A DNA stretch of 64,000 bases from positions 1,426,001 to 1,490,000 of the forward strand of contig BROI01000001.1 of assembly GCA_027923505.1 (NCBI GenBank), in the 5' to 3' direction. The notes under the pieces are model-generated. The model was not told where the DNA came from and did no database searches. It was given only the letters and a program-made list of their open reading frames with translations. Below are positions 23,260 through 32,786 of the stretch, one piece after another. The position numbers and the translations under genes are program-made. This DNA is from Mayamaea pseudoterrestris. Taxonomy: Eukaryota. The stretch's first letter is position 1. Every line of letters starts with the position of its first letter.

Positions 23260-24065
23260 TGACCTTCTTGTCACCATGCTTGTCATCCTCTATGGCTCCC
23301 AGTCTGTCTCCCAGCACTCATCTAAGCAGCTTGCCATCAAGTGTGCCATCAAGTGATCCAAGTGCCAAGCCAAGTGCATCAACTACCAGTAGCGCTAGAC
23401 CCAGTCTTCTTCCCAGTGCAGCACCAAGCTTGTCACCCTCTGTAACTCCCTTAGTAATAGCCCCAGCAGCTTGCCGTCAAGTAGTGTGCCGTAAGTGATC
23501 CAAGCGCCAATTAAAGTGCATCATCTAGCACAAGACCCAGTCTTCTTCCCAGTGCCGCACCAAGCTTGTCACCCACTGTAACTCCCAGTTGTCTCCCAGC
23601 ACTAGGCCCCGGCAGCTTGCCATCAAGTGTGCCATCAAGTGATCCAAGCGCCAATTAAAGTGCATCATCTAGCACAAGACCCAGTCCTCTTCCCAGCGCA
23701 GCACCAAGCTTGTCACCCTCTGTTACTTCCAGTTGTCTCCCAGCACAAGCCCCAGCAGCTTGCCATCAACTGTGCCAAGTAAACCAAATTGCCAGTCTCC
23801 CAGCACAAGCCCCTGCAGCTTGCCATCAACTGTGCCAAGTAAACCCAATTGCCAAGCCAATTGCAGCATCTAGCGCAGGATCCAGTCTTCTTCCCCGTGC
23901 AGCACCAAGCTTGTCACCCTCCGTGGCTCCCAGTGTGTCTTTCAGCACTTGGCAAGTGTGCCATCAAGTAACCCAAGCGCCAAGCCATGTGCATCACCTA
24001 GCACAGGACCTACCGGTAGTCTCCAAGAGTCAATACCAAGCTTGTCTCCCTCTGTGGCTCCTAGC
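23260..24065 (+). pseudogene. Degenerate Pro/Ser-rich tandem-repeat coding relic (PSxxPSxxPS mucin-like linker)
   Basis: About 130-nt units (ccaagcttgtcaccctc...cccagcagcttgccatcaagtgtgcc...) repeated about five times. Fragments translate to PSSVPSSDPSAKPS and PSLSPSV, with frameshifts and stops. Confidence 0.7.
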
Positions 24066-24460
24066 TTGTCTTGAAACACTCAGCAAGTGTGCTATCGAGA
24101 TCATCCTGTTGTTGACCTGAGAGCTACCGGTAGTGCTACCCCCGTAACATGCCAGGTGTACTGTTTGTTCCACTCAAACTGCCACGCAGTCAGGTCAGAC
24201 CCCGGTCGCTCGGTGCAATGCTTTGTGCTGTTAGCTAAAAAGTTCACGGTACGAAATTGTTGTTCTTTAGTACCACTCCGACAGTCTTTGACTGCATTCC
24301 TCGCACTGACGTTTGTCGGACGAACGGAATCTTGAAGCATCGCGTCATTTTTGCAGTGCGTGGAAAAGCGATTGGTTTGTTCTTCCATCATCGCTTCCTG
24401 TTTTTCGATTTGGCCTCCTCACTCCATCAAGGAAGATCAAATACGAGAGAGAAACAATAA

Positions 24461-25811
24461 ATGTCCCTGAGACTCCAGAATGCATTTGGGTTAACGGATA
24501 ATCCTGTTGCTCTCGCCTTTGCCGTCGTTGCCATGCAGCAGCAGCAGCAGCAGCAGAATAGTCACGGAGCCATGGACAGTCAGCAGCAGCAATCTTCGTC
24601 CGAATTCGAATGCGCCTCGCTTGATGCAGTCCTTTCCCGAGGAGTCGCTGCTCCAGGACAGCCAGTCAAACTGCAAATACTTCCTCATCAGTTGAGCAAT
24701 ATGTTTCATCATCATGATACGCCGCCGCCGCTGCCTCCGTCAATGAATGCAGCTGCAGCAGCAGCCTCTTCGAGTCACGCAGCTTCCTCTACAGCCTCTG
24801 CAGCAGCAGCATCAACAAGTCACTTTCATGACAATGCTTCAGCAAGCGACAATGACGATGACCACGAGGAAGAAAACTCTAACAATATCAGCGGCAGCTA
24901 CGATCGTCGCATGGCTCGCTCCCGCGAGCGCAACCGCGAGCACGCCCGACGAACGCGACTGCGCAAAAAGGCGCAGCTGGAGCACCTTCGCACGAAAATC
25001 AAGTCGCTGGAAGCCACCAAGCAAACGCTCCGACAGCAGATTGAGGAATGCAGCATTGCGTCCATACTGATTAATCTTTCGGGTGAATTGAATGATCCAC
25101 TCCAAGACGAGGAAACCAAGCAACTGCTGGATGGCAATGACTTGAAATCGCGCAAGGCTGCCTCACTGGCCAATCGAAGCAAGCGCAAGCGGTTCGTTTC
25201 CGATGGAGATGATGACGTTCCGCATCCGCCACTACGACTGGAAATTGATGGCGAAACAAAGTTGATTGGAGAAGGCAAGGCGCAAGTTAACTGGAAGACG
25301 GGCGTGTATAGTGATGAGACTGGAATGCATGCCAAGTTGAGTGCCGAGCAATTGGAAAACTTGAGGTGAGTGATTTAAAGTGACTATTGTGGAGCCTTGG
25401 TTGTTATTAACGTAAATTGTCGCTCACTTTGCCGCATCTCCGTTTCATTCCTTTTATACATGACTCAGACGTGAACGCAACCGCATGCACGCCAAAATGA
25501 CCCGCGACCGCAAGCGCTGCTACGTGGCCAATGTTCAAAAGACGATTGACGAACTGGAGCGCGACGTGCAGCGACTCCAGGACGTGCTTGCCAGGGTGCA
25601 GGAGATTCAAGCGGCAGCCACGGCTCCGGCGGACGACGCTTCTCCGTACATGGAATCCATGCCGGAGCCTGTTGAGGTTCCTGACAGTCATTCTCCGACA
25701 TCCGAAACAAGCATGGAAGGTCAAAAGTTCATGCTGGAGTCGGCCAACTCAAGTCCGGAGCTTGATCGAAAGCTTCCGGCGCGGCAAACCTTTGTTCCAC
25801 CTCCGGCTTGA
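24461..25811 (+). CDS. bZIP transcription factor with two bZIP domains; exons 24461-25365, 25469-25811
   Basis: RERNREHARRTRLRKK plus zipper, and RRERNRMHAKMTRDRKR plus zipper, joined by intron 25366-25468. Confidence 0.9.
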
Positions 25812-26292
25812 TTGGCGTTAGCCATCAACGCACTTTCAACCATTACTCGTAGCCAAGAAGCTATCTTATCAACTGTTTCGTACCACAGGAACTGAAAATT
25901 GAACATGCTTGATTTTTTCAACGAAACAGCATATCATTTCATTCAAGACTATCACCTACCAACTCATACACTGACGCTTGCGCATAGAGATATAAACGGC
26001 AAGCTTTTCATTCATACACATAGACGCAAACAGGGCGAACGAAACGCATACACACTACATATATGATACTCAAATTCTAAGATATTTAATAGCAGAAATT
26101 GACGGAACAGCAGCAACGAAACATATCCACCTTAGTTCGTTTGACAACCTCGTCGGGCATTCGTCGAAACGGAATCAGTTGAACCAACCCATCGTCGACG
26201 ATCAATGTGAACGAATTCATGGCGTGACACGTCCATCCAGAAGTGTGCCGCAGCAGCCAGCCGCAAATAATTAACCTTCAAAGCGTCAAGTG

Positions 26293-27723
26293 TTAGCACT
26301 TTGTCACAACCTCCGTGGCATATCGAGCAATTGATTGTCGGAGCTCCAAAAACGCCTCTTGGTTCGACTCTTTCCACGCACTACCCGCCAATAGTTTACC
26401 AATCAGCATGCCTGCTCGAGATGACAGTTGCTGGGAGGTTGCCGTGGTGCCTTGCAGCGATATTGGCGTCAAGTGTGTCCCTCGCAATCGCGCATACTTG
26501 ACGTTGCTCGTGGCAACGATGGCTGTGGCGAGCTTGGAGCTTTGATCCACCAAGTCATTGTCAAACTGCACCACCAAGGTATTTGGTATATTGTAGCGTT
26601 TACCGTCAACGAGTGCGTCCCATAGTTGATCTGGTGATGGGTAAAATTCAAGGTGTTCCGATGATGGTGTCAAGGCAGTCTTGATGCGCTTGGCTTGTCG
26701 CGAAAGGAGCGACTGTAGCTCTCCGAATAATTCGCCATATGATTCGTCGTCGTCAAAGTCATCGTAGTCTTCTTCGTAGCCGTCGTCATCGTCATAGTCT
26801 GATCTAGGCCGTCGTCGGCGGCTCACTGTCTTTTCAGTTTGCTCGTCGCGAATTGCTCGTTCCGACTGCCGACTTGCTTGTGCCAGCTGGTTCAATCCAG
26901 GTATTCCATCAACAGCGTTGTTATTGGTAAAACTAATGAGCACAAACGACTTGTAGGCTGGAGGCAGGAGTGCTGTCGCTCGCGTCGACTGCGTCCGCTT
27001 CGATGCATGATTGTCAAGCGTCGCCAAGACCACCATGAGTCGCGCTCCCAGTGAATGTCCAATGCCACAGATGGGCACCGACTGAACTTCGTCACCATAT
27101 TCATCAACCATAACATCATTGTATGCGGTTTGAAACTGCTTGCGAATTTTTTTCGCCAAATCAATATGCTGCAGCGGCGATCGATGAAGCGTCAATGGAA
27201 TGGAGGTAGCCACAATGGCAGCCTGCGTATGCTTGACCAAATCCTCGAGCAGCTGTCGATACCATACGTTTGGAGCGCTTCCAAACAAGGTTCCGCCGGT
27301 AAAGTGAAAGACGACGCTTGGCAGTCGAACAGCTAGCGGTGGAAGCAAAATGTGAACCGTTCCAGCGTCCGTTTTCAAGACTTCCCACTCCAATGTATCG
27401 GGCTCGTAGGATGAAGCGACACTTTGCTGGTGTGCGCTATTTTCTCCATTGTAACGATCGCTGTATCCATATTCATCGTCATCTTCCGACCAGTAAGGAC
27501 TGCTTGCAAGGCGACCTTTGTAAGGATGCGTGACATGATGGAACGACGAGCAGGCGAATTGGGGTCTTCTAGATGAAGTTGGATTCGTCCACGCATGGCA
27601 AGTGCATAGCGTGGTTAAAAGCACACACAGGCAATTCTTTCGTATGTGCCCTCTCCTCCTTAATCTCATTTGTGCAAAGGTAGGGAGCAAGTGAAACGAC
27701 GATGGAGGACAAGGAGGATGCAT
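26293..27723 (-). CDS. DUF1350 alpha/beta-hydrolase-like protein, probably plastid-targeted
   Basis: FTGGTLFG..P..WY, GIGHSLGA, LISF.N, EFYPSP, L.VQFDND..DQS and GTHLTP; signal-peptide-like leader. Confidence 0.82.
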   Translation of the reverse strand: MHPPCPPSSFHLLPTFAQMRLRRRGHIRKNCLCVLLTTLCTCHAWTNPTSSRRPQFACSSFHHVTHPYKGRLASSPYWSEDDDEYGYSDRYNGENSAHQQSVASSYEPDTLEWEVLKTDAGTVHILLPPLAVRLPSVVFHFTGGTLFGSAPNVWYRQLLEDLVKHTQAAIVATSIPLTLHRSPLQHIDLAKKIRKQFQTAYNDVMVDEYGDEVQSVPICGIGHSLGARLMVVLATLDNHASKRTQSTRATALLPPAYKSFVLISFTNNNAVDGIPGLNQLAQASRQSERAIRDEQTEKTVSRRRRPRSDYDDDDGYEEDYDDFDDDESYGELFGELQSLLSRQAKRIKTALTPSSEHLEFYPSPDQLWDALVDGKRYNIPNTLVVQFDNDLVDQSSKLATAIVATSNVKYARLRGTHLTPISLQGTTATSQQLSSRAGMLIGKLLAGSAWKESNQEAFLELRQSIARYATEVVTKC

Positions 27724-28884
27724 GCTTCATGTTGTGACGGATCGGATGGATTCTAAATCCATGACTCATATGCAGTCACAAGTAGGACGTCATACTCAGA
27801 AGAGGTCGCAATTCTGCACCCATTGCTGTACACTATCGTTCAGTGTTCAGACGTTCGACCGCTCCAGAGCTCGCGAGTATCATTCTACGTGGAAGTCTGC
27901 AACGGACGACATGATCCAATCAAAATGTCAATCGTAGCAATGACGCGCCGATCGGCTGGCGCTCTCTGGTACACTTTCCACGGAGCGCATTGGCGTAGCG
28001 AAATCCTTCGAATCGCAAGCAACCAGCTGCCCTCCTCACAATTTGCAAATTCGTCGCAACCCCATTCTGGCTCAACGCCCAACGCGCCAGCCTCGCCTTT
28101 CGTCGTTCCTCGCGAAACCGCAACGATTTGGCAGCCACTCCTTTCTGGAAAGGAACTTGGAATCGTAACTACAGCCAAGAGACTAGCATGTAAGTAGAAT
28201 CTAGTACTGAAATTGCGTAGCGTTACGTAGCAAGCGTTAAGCAAGACTCCGTAAATAAAGCTTTGACCATGGAAGACCCGCCGCCGTCGTTTTACGCTCT
28301 ATTCAAGCATTGAAGCGACGCGCAACATTAAAGCATTATACTTAATCAAGTGATTGAGCTGCGGATCGCTTTGGAGAATTCATGGAAACTTGTTTAGCCG
28401 TCGAAATTCGGCCGGAAGATCCAACCAGATCCATCGCTGCGCGAGTCGTATCCTAAAGATCCATTGTGTCAGCATTTTGGACGGCAATTATCTCGTTTCT
28501 TCGCTACCAAGGCTGCCTGGTATCATGCAAGAGCGACTATCATGGCAGCCGAGCCGCTCATGGCCTCGCATGGCCGTTTACGCAAACATTCTGCAAAGCA
28601 TGTTCGTTCGTGTCCGGCGGTGTCATGGTGCATGGAAGCACGGATTTTGTGTTCACGTAGACTTTGTACCAGCGTCTACGTGAGCGCGATGTGCGAGAAG
28701 TTTTGGCGCGGCTCTCTGCTTCCGAGTCTTTGGCGACACGGTCAAACTCATTGCACGACTTGAACGTTCGTCTCGTTCCATATACATACTCGTGTTTCAA
28801 AAAAATGACCCACTCTCATTCTCTTGTCTTCCTTCTTTACCATCTTTGCAGACTTGCTCTTCTTGATCAAGCTTTTTCGAGAGC

Positions 28885-31800
28885 ATGACTATTGGAGATC
28901 CATCTTCTCCTGCACGACGAAGCTTACTTTCCAACGTTTGCCGACAACGATCTGCCTCATTTGATCAAGCCGAACTACTTGACGCATCATTGCTGAACAT
29001 GAAGGTGGTGTCCAATCCCTTGAATTCATCGCCGATTGCGCGGCAAGTTTCTCACGATGGTCTAATGTGCATTTCCATTGTGGACAAGAAGATTGCGAAT
29101 GGCGGTCCCAAGTCTCCCGTGCGATGCGTTTCCGAATTTGACAAGGTTTCAAGTGTACCGCTTGCCGTCAAAGTGAGCGACAGCAGCAGCAGCAAGCTTT
29201 TAAAACATGAATCTGTTGGAACGACTGAGCAAGAAAGGTCGAGCATTGCTCCCGCAGCAAATGCCGCGCAAGCCTCTCGAACGTCTCGCTTTCCGAATCC
29301 ATTACACAATCCCAAGCTTTATGAATTACATATTCGAGCTGTGCGTTTGGAAGCGGAGTTGCATCCGATGCGACTAATTCTTGCGCGTCTCATGAACAAT
29401 ACATCGCTGAACCGCAAGGGCGTTTTCAACAGCCCCGTGGATCCAGTCGCGCTCAACTTGCCAGACTATTTCGAAGTCATTTCGCAGCCAATGGACTTTG
29501 GAACGATTAAGCGGAAGCTCCACGCGATTGCATACACGTCACTACAAGAGGTTGATGCTGACATTCGCTTGGTGTTGGGCAATGCGATGCTTTACAATCC
29601 GTCCAATAATCTTGTGCATGTATCAGCGCAGAAGCTGCTGGCGTTTTACGAGGGCGAATGCCAAGCCTTTGTACCACAGCTTATCAAGGATGACTTGATG
29701 CAAACGGGGCCTGCAATAGAAGTCGTACCAGGGCCACTCGATGCTGCAGAGCCTGAAGTTTCAGCCGATTCTGACGCGACTGATTTTGCAATGCAAGTCG
29801 CTCCAGCGCCTCTTAATGCTTTGAATTCTCAAGTTCCTGACGACGTTTTGGGACCAATTTCTTCTCAACCTTCTATTCCGAGTCACATTGCTGATACTTC
29901 GTGTCATTCGGCTGCTGCTCCTGTACATATTCATGCCGCCGCCAAGACTTGTCGTCAGGAGCTTGCGCCGCGCAGGCGTCGAAAGCGCGGCACTCGTCCC
30001 AGTGCAGAACATGCATGCGACACGTGCGAAGGCCGAACATGTGTCGTTTGTTTGCAAAAATGTCTGATGTTAGAACCGACCTTGCTTATTTGCAATGGCG
30101 CTGCCTGCGCCGGTTCAAGAATCCGAAAGAACGCTGTTTACTATATTGCAAGCGATGGGAGTCGGCAGTTTTGCCAGCGTTGCCACACTAGCCTTCCGGC
30201 GATTTTACCACCGACTGGCCAGGATGATATCGTTCGATATAAGAGAGACCTACTGAAGCGTAAGAATGATGAAGAAATTGCAGAACGATGGCTCCAATGC
30301 ACCGTCTGTGAGTCGCCAGTGCATCAAATGTGTGTGATGCATGACGAGTATGTTCACCGGGAAGCTGGATTTACGTGTCCATCTTGCGTCCACGAGTCTT
30401 GGATGTCTACCATTTCGCCTGATAGTACAAGTTCATTGACGTCGCCCGACGAGCTGTACACGTTTGTTTCGGGGTCGGAAATTCCGGTCAAGCTGTCGAA
30501 GGTCACTTGCGGCGATTCTGTCGACTTGTCGGCCGAGGCGTTGCCCGAAAATGAAGTTTCATCTTTTATTCAGGAGAAAGTTCGAGCTCAGATGAAGCTG
30601 TCGAATATTCCAAACGTGGAAAATACAGTAATTGTCCGCATCATTTCAGACTGTGACCGATATTTTGTTGTTCCTGATGTGATTCGCAATCACTTTCGAA
30701 TGGTTTTATCGAACGACGACACGGCGCCAATGAAAATCAACTATCGGTCGAAGGCCATTGCACTTTTTCAAAAGATTGACGGCTTGGATGTTTGCATTTT
30801 CTGCATGTACGTCCATGAGTACGACGGCGACAACGGTGTTGACGCGATGAATCAAGTAGGTGAAGCACAGAAAAAGCGCGTCTACATTGCATACCTGGAT
30901 AGTGTCGAGCATTTCCGTCCTCGCGCATGTCGGACACGTGTTTACCAAGAGATTCTGGTTGCCTATTTGGCAACGGCTCGGCGTCGTGGGTACGAGAATG
31001 CGCACATCTGGGCATGTCCTCCGTCACGAGGCAATTCGTTTGTTTTTTGGAATCATCCAGCATCTCAGCGTACCCCGAACAAGGATCGACTTGTAGCCTG
31101 GTATCATAACGCTTTAAGCCGAGCGCTGGAGTGTGGAGTCGTGACTGACGTCAAAAGTTTGTTTGAAAGCAACTTTGAGGAGCAGCTAAGAGAGGTTAAC
31201 AGCAGCGACTGCTCTGCTGCATCTATTGCCTGTCCTCCGCTCCTCGATGGCGATTTTTGGATTGAAGAAGCTGTCCGGCTTCACCGGCTGAACATGTCGC
31301 GCCAAATGAAGCCCAAGACTTGCGACACAGACCTTGCACCTGCCATTGTTGATGGATCTAGCCATAGCTGTCCAGCAATGCAGATTGCTTCGCTTTTGCG
31401 TGAGCGAGTCATTGCACATCCCTCGGCTCTTCCGTTTCGAAAGCCGGTAAATGCTGTTGCGCTGAAATTGAAGGACTATCACCAAGTCATTGCAACGCCG
31501 ATGGACCTTGGAAGCGTATTTTCTCGCTGCATGCTTGGCGAGTATCTCACTCTCGGTGATATTGTTTCGGATGTTGAACTCGTCTTTTCAAACGCCAAGC
31601 TGTACAATCCCGTCGGCCACATCGTCCACATGAAAGCGATTGAGGTTCACGAATTGTTCTTGCAGGCGCTTAATGACCATGTGGCGACTTGGAAAGAAGC
31701 ATTCGGTTGCCAAATTGAGGCAAAACCAGCGTGGAAGTCATTTGCACATGTCAGTATGAGTTTGAATGAGTCACTGGATGAGGCTGCCGAAGGCATAAGC

Positions 31801-32568
31801 AAGGAGAACGATGGCGGCGTCGTAGCATTTACAGCTCACCTGGAGTTGAGCATGACGAGCGAAGCAATCAATTTGTTATCTGGTGGACCAGCGGCAGTTG
31901 AACAGCGAATGGTCGGCTCGGATACCTGGCTTCTCGACAAGAATTCTGTCAAGCCTAAACCGGATTTGGTGAAGCCCGGTTCCCGACGTCGCAAAGGAGC
32001 GTCCGAGCTGGATGACGAACCTGCTTCGAAACGTCGGCGTCAGTCTTGGTTGAGCTTTGAAGTTGGCGAGTCTGTGAGACGCATGCGAGCTTCTTTCTTC
32101 ACGTGCTCGCTGACGCCGAGCGCTGATATGAAGGACGAAGAAGCGGAAAAAGCCGAGATGTTTGCAGTGTATGCAAGTACTTTTTCGTGCGTAAATGAGC
32201 AGCAAGCGCGGCATGCCAAGATTGCCGATGTCCGGCATGCCTTGATGGAGTTTTCGCAGTTTCGCAATCTGGAATTCGATACGGTCCGTCACTCAAAGTA
32301 CAGTACAGCCGTCATTCTCTATCACTTGCACAATGACGATAATGCAGGCATCGTTCCGGCATGCTCAAAATGTGGGACAACTGGATTTGGCGATATTCGA
32401 TGGCACAAGCTCAGCAAGATTGTCCAGCGTCGGTCACGCACTCAAATAAAGGCTGGTCAGGCAAAGCCGTCGAGCTTTCCAGAGGAACTCTGTACATCTT
32501 GCTTTACCAATCACTCGTACAAGGACAACTTTATTCCAGTGCAAGTGTCAGTTCCATTGCTGGATTAA
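28885..32568 (+). CDS. CBP/p300-type (KAT11) histone acetyltransferase with two bromodomains, RING/PHD and a ZZ-like region
   Basis: Bromodomain (PVDP...PDYF..I..PMD...NAMLYN), PHD, and HAT motifs FQKIDG.DV, YIAYLDSV, HIWACPP, FWNHP..QR.P...L..WY and DGDFW; a second bromodomain follows. Confidence 0.92.
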   Translation: MTIGDPSSPARRSLLSNVCRQRSASFDQAELLDASLLNMKVVSNPLNSSPIARQVSHDGLMCISIVDKKIANGGPKSPVRCVSEFDKVSSVPLAVKVSDSSSSKLLKHESVGTTEQERSSIAPAANAAQASRTSRFPNPLHNPKLYELHIRAVRLEAELHPMRLILARLMNNTSLNRKGVFNSPVDPVALNLPDYFEVISQPMDFGTIKRKLHAIAYTSLQEVDADIRLVLGNAMLYNPSNNLVHVSAQKLLAFYEGECQAFVPQLIKDDLMQTGPAIEVVPGPLDAAEPEVSADSDATDFAMQVAPAPLNALNSQVPDDVLGPISSQPSIPSHIADTSCHSAAAPVHIHAAAKTCRQELAPRRRRKRGTRPSAEHACDTCEGRTCVVCLQKCLMLEPTLLICNGAACAGSRIRKNAVYYIASDGSRQFCQRCHTSLPAILPPTGQDDIVRYKRDLLKRKNDEEIAERWLQCTVCESPVHQMCVMHDEYVHREAGFTCPSCVHESWMSTISPDSTSSLTSPDELYTFVSGSEIPVKLSKVTCGDSVDLSAEALPENEVSSFIQEKVRAQMKLSNIPNVENTVIVRIISDCDRYFVVPDVIRNHFRMVLSNDDTAPMKINYRSKAIALFQKIDGLDVCIFCMYVHEYDGDNGVDAMNQVGEAQKKRVYIAYLDSVEHFRPRACRTRVYQEILVAYLATARRRGYENAHIWACPPSRGNSFVFWNHPASQRTPNKDRLVAWYHNALSRALECGVVTDVKSLFESNFEEQLREVNSSDCSAASIACPPLLDGDFWIEEAVRLHRLNMSRQMKPKTCDTDLAPAIVDGSSHSCPAMQIASLLRERVIAHPSALPFRKPVNAVALKLKDYHQVIATPMDLGSVFSRCMLGEYLTLGDIVSDVELVFSNAKLYNPVGHIVHMKAIEVHELFLQALNDHVATWKEAFGCQIEAKPAWKSFAHVSMSLNESLDEAAEGISKENDGGVVAFTAHLELSMTSEAINLLSGGPAAVEQRMVGSDTWLLDKNSVKPKPDLVKPGSRRRKGASELDDEPASKRRRQSWLSFEVGESVRRMRASFFTCSLTPSADMKDEEAEKAEMFAVYASTFSCVNEQQARHAKIADVRHALMEFSQFRNLEFDTVRHSKYSTAVILYHLHNDDNAGIVPACSKCGTTGFGDIRWHKLSKIVQRRSRTQIKAGQAKPSSFPEELCTSCFTNHSYKDNFIPVQVSVPLLD

Positions 32569-32786
32569 TAGGATCCAATCCGTTTCTGAATGGTTGTCGT
32601 TTTTGGATGTAGGCCTGTGGGGAGATAAATAATAAACAACCCTTACCGCAATCAATGACCAGTTAACAGTAGAAAGGTACATGGTTTCTTTCATTTACAT
32701 GTACGCATAGTGTAATAAAGGTAAATAACTAATGAAATCGTCAAGTAAATGAACGCCTATTAGCGTCGCCGTAAAAGTTGCCAAAG

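Noticed and set aside
23260..24065. Possible CRISPR-like array
   Set aside because: The repeats are contiguous degenerate coding-type units without unique spacers, in a eukaryotic context with no cas genes.
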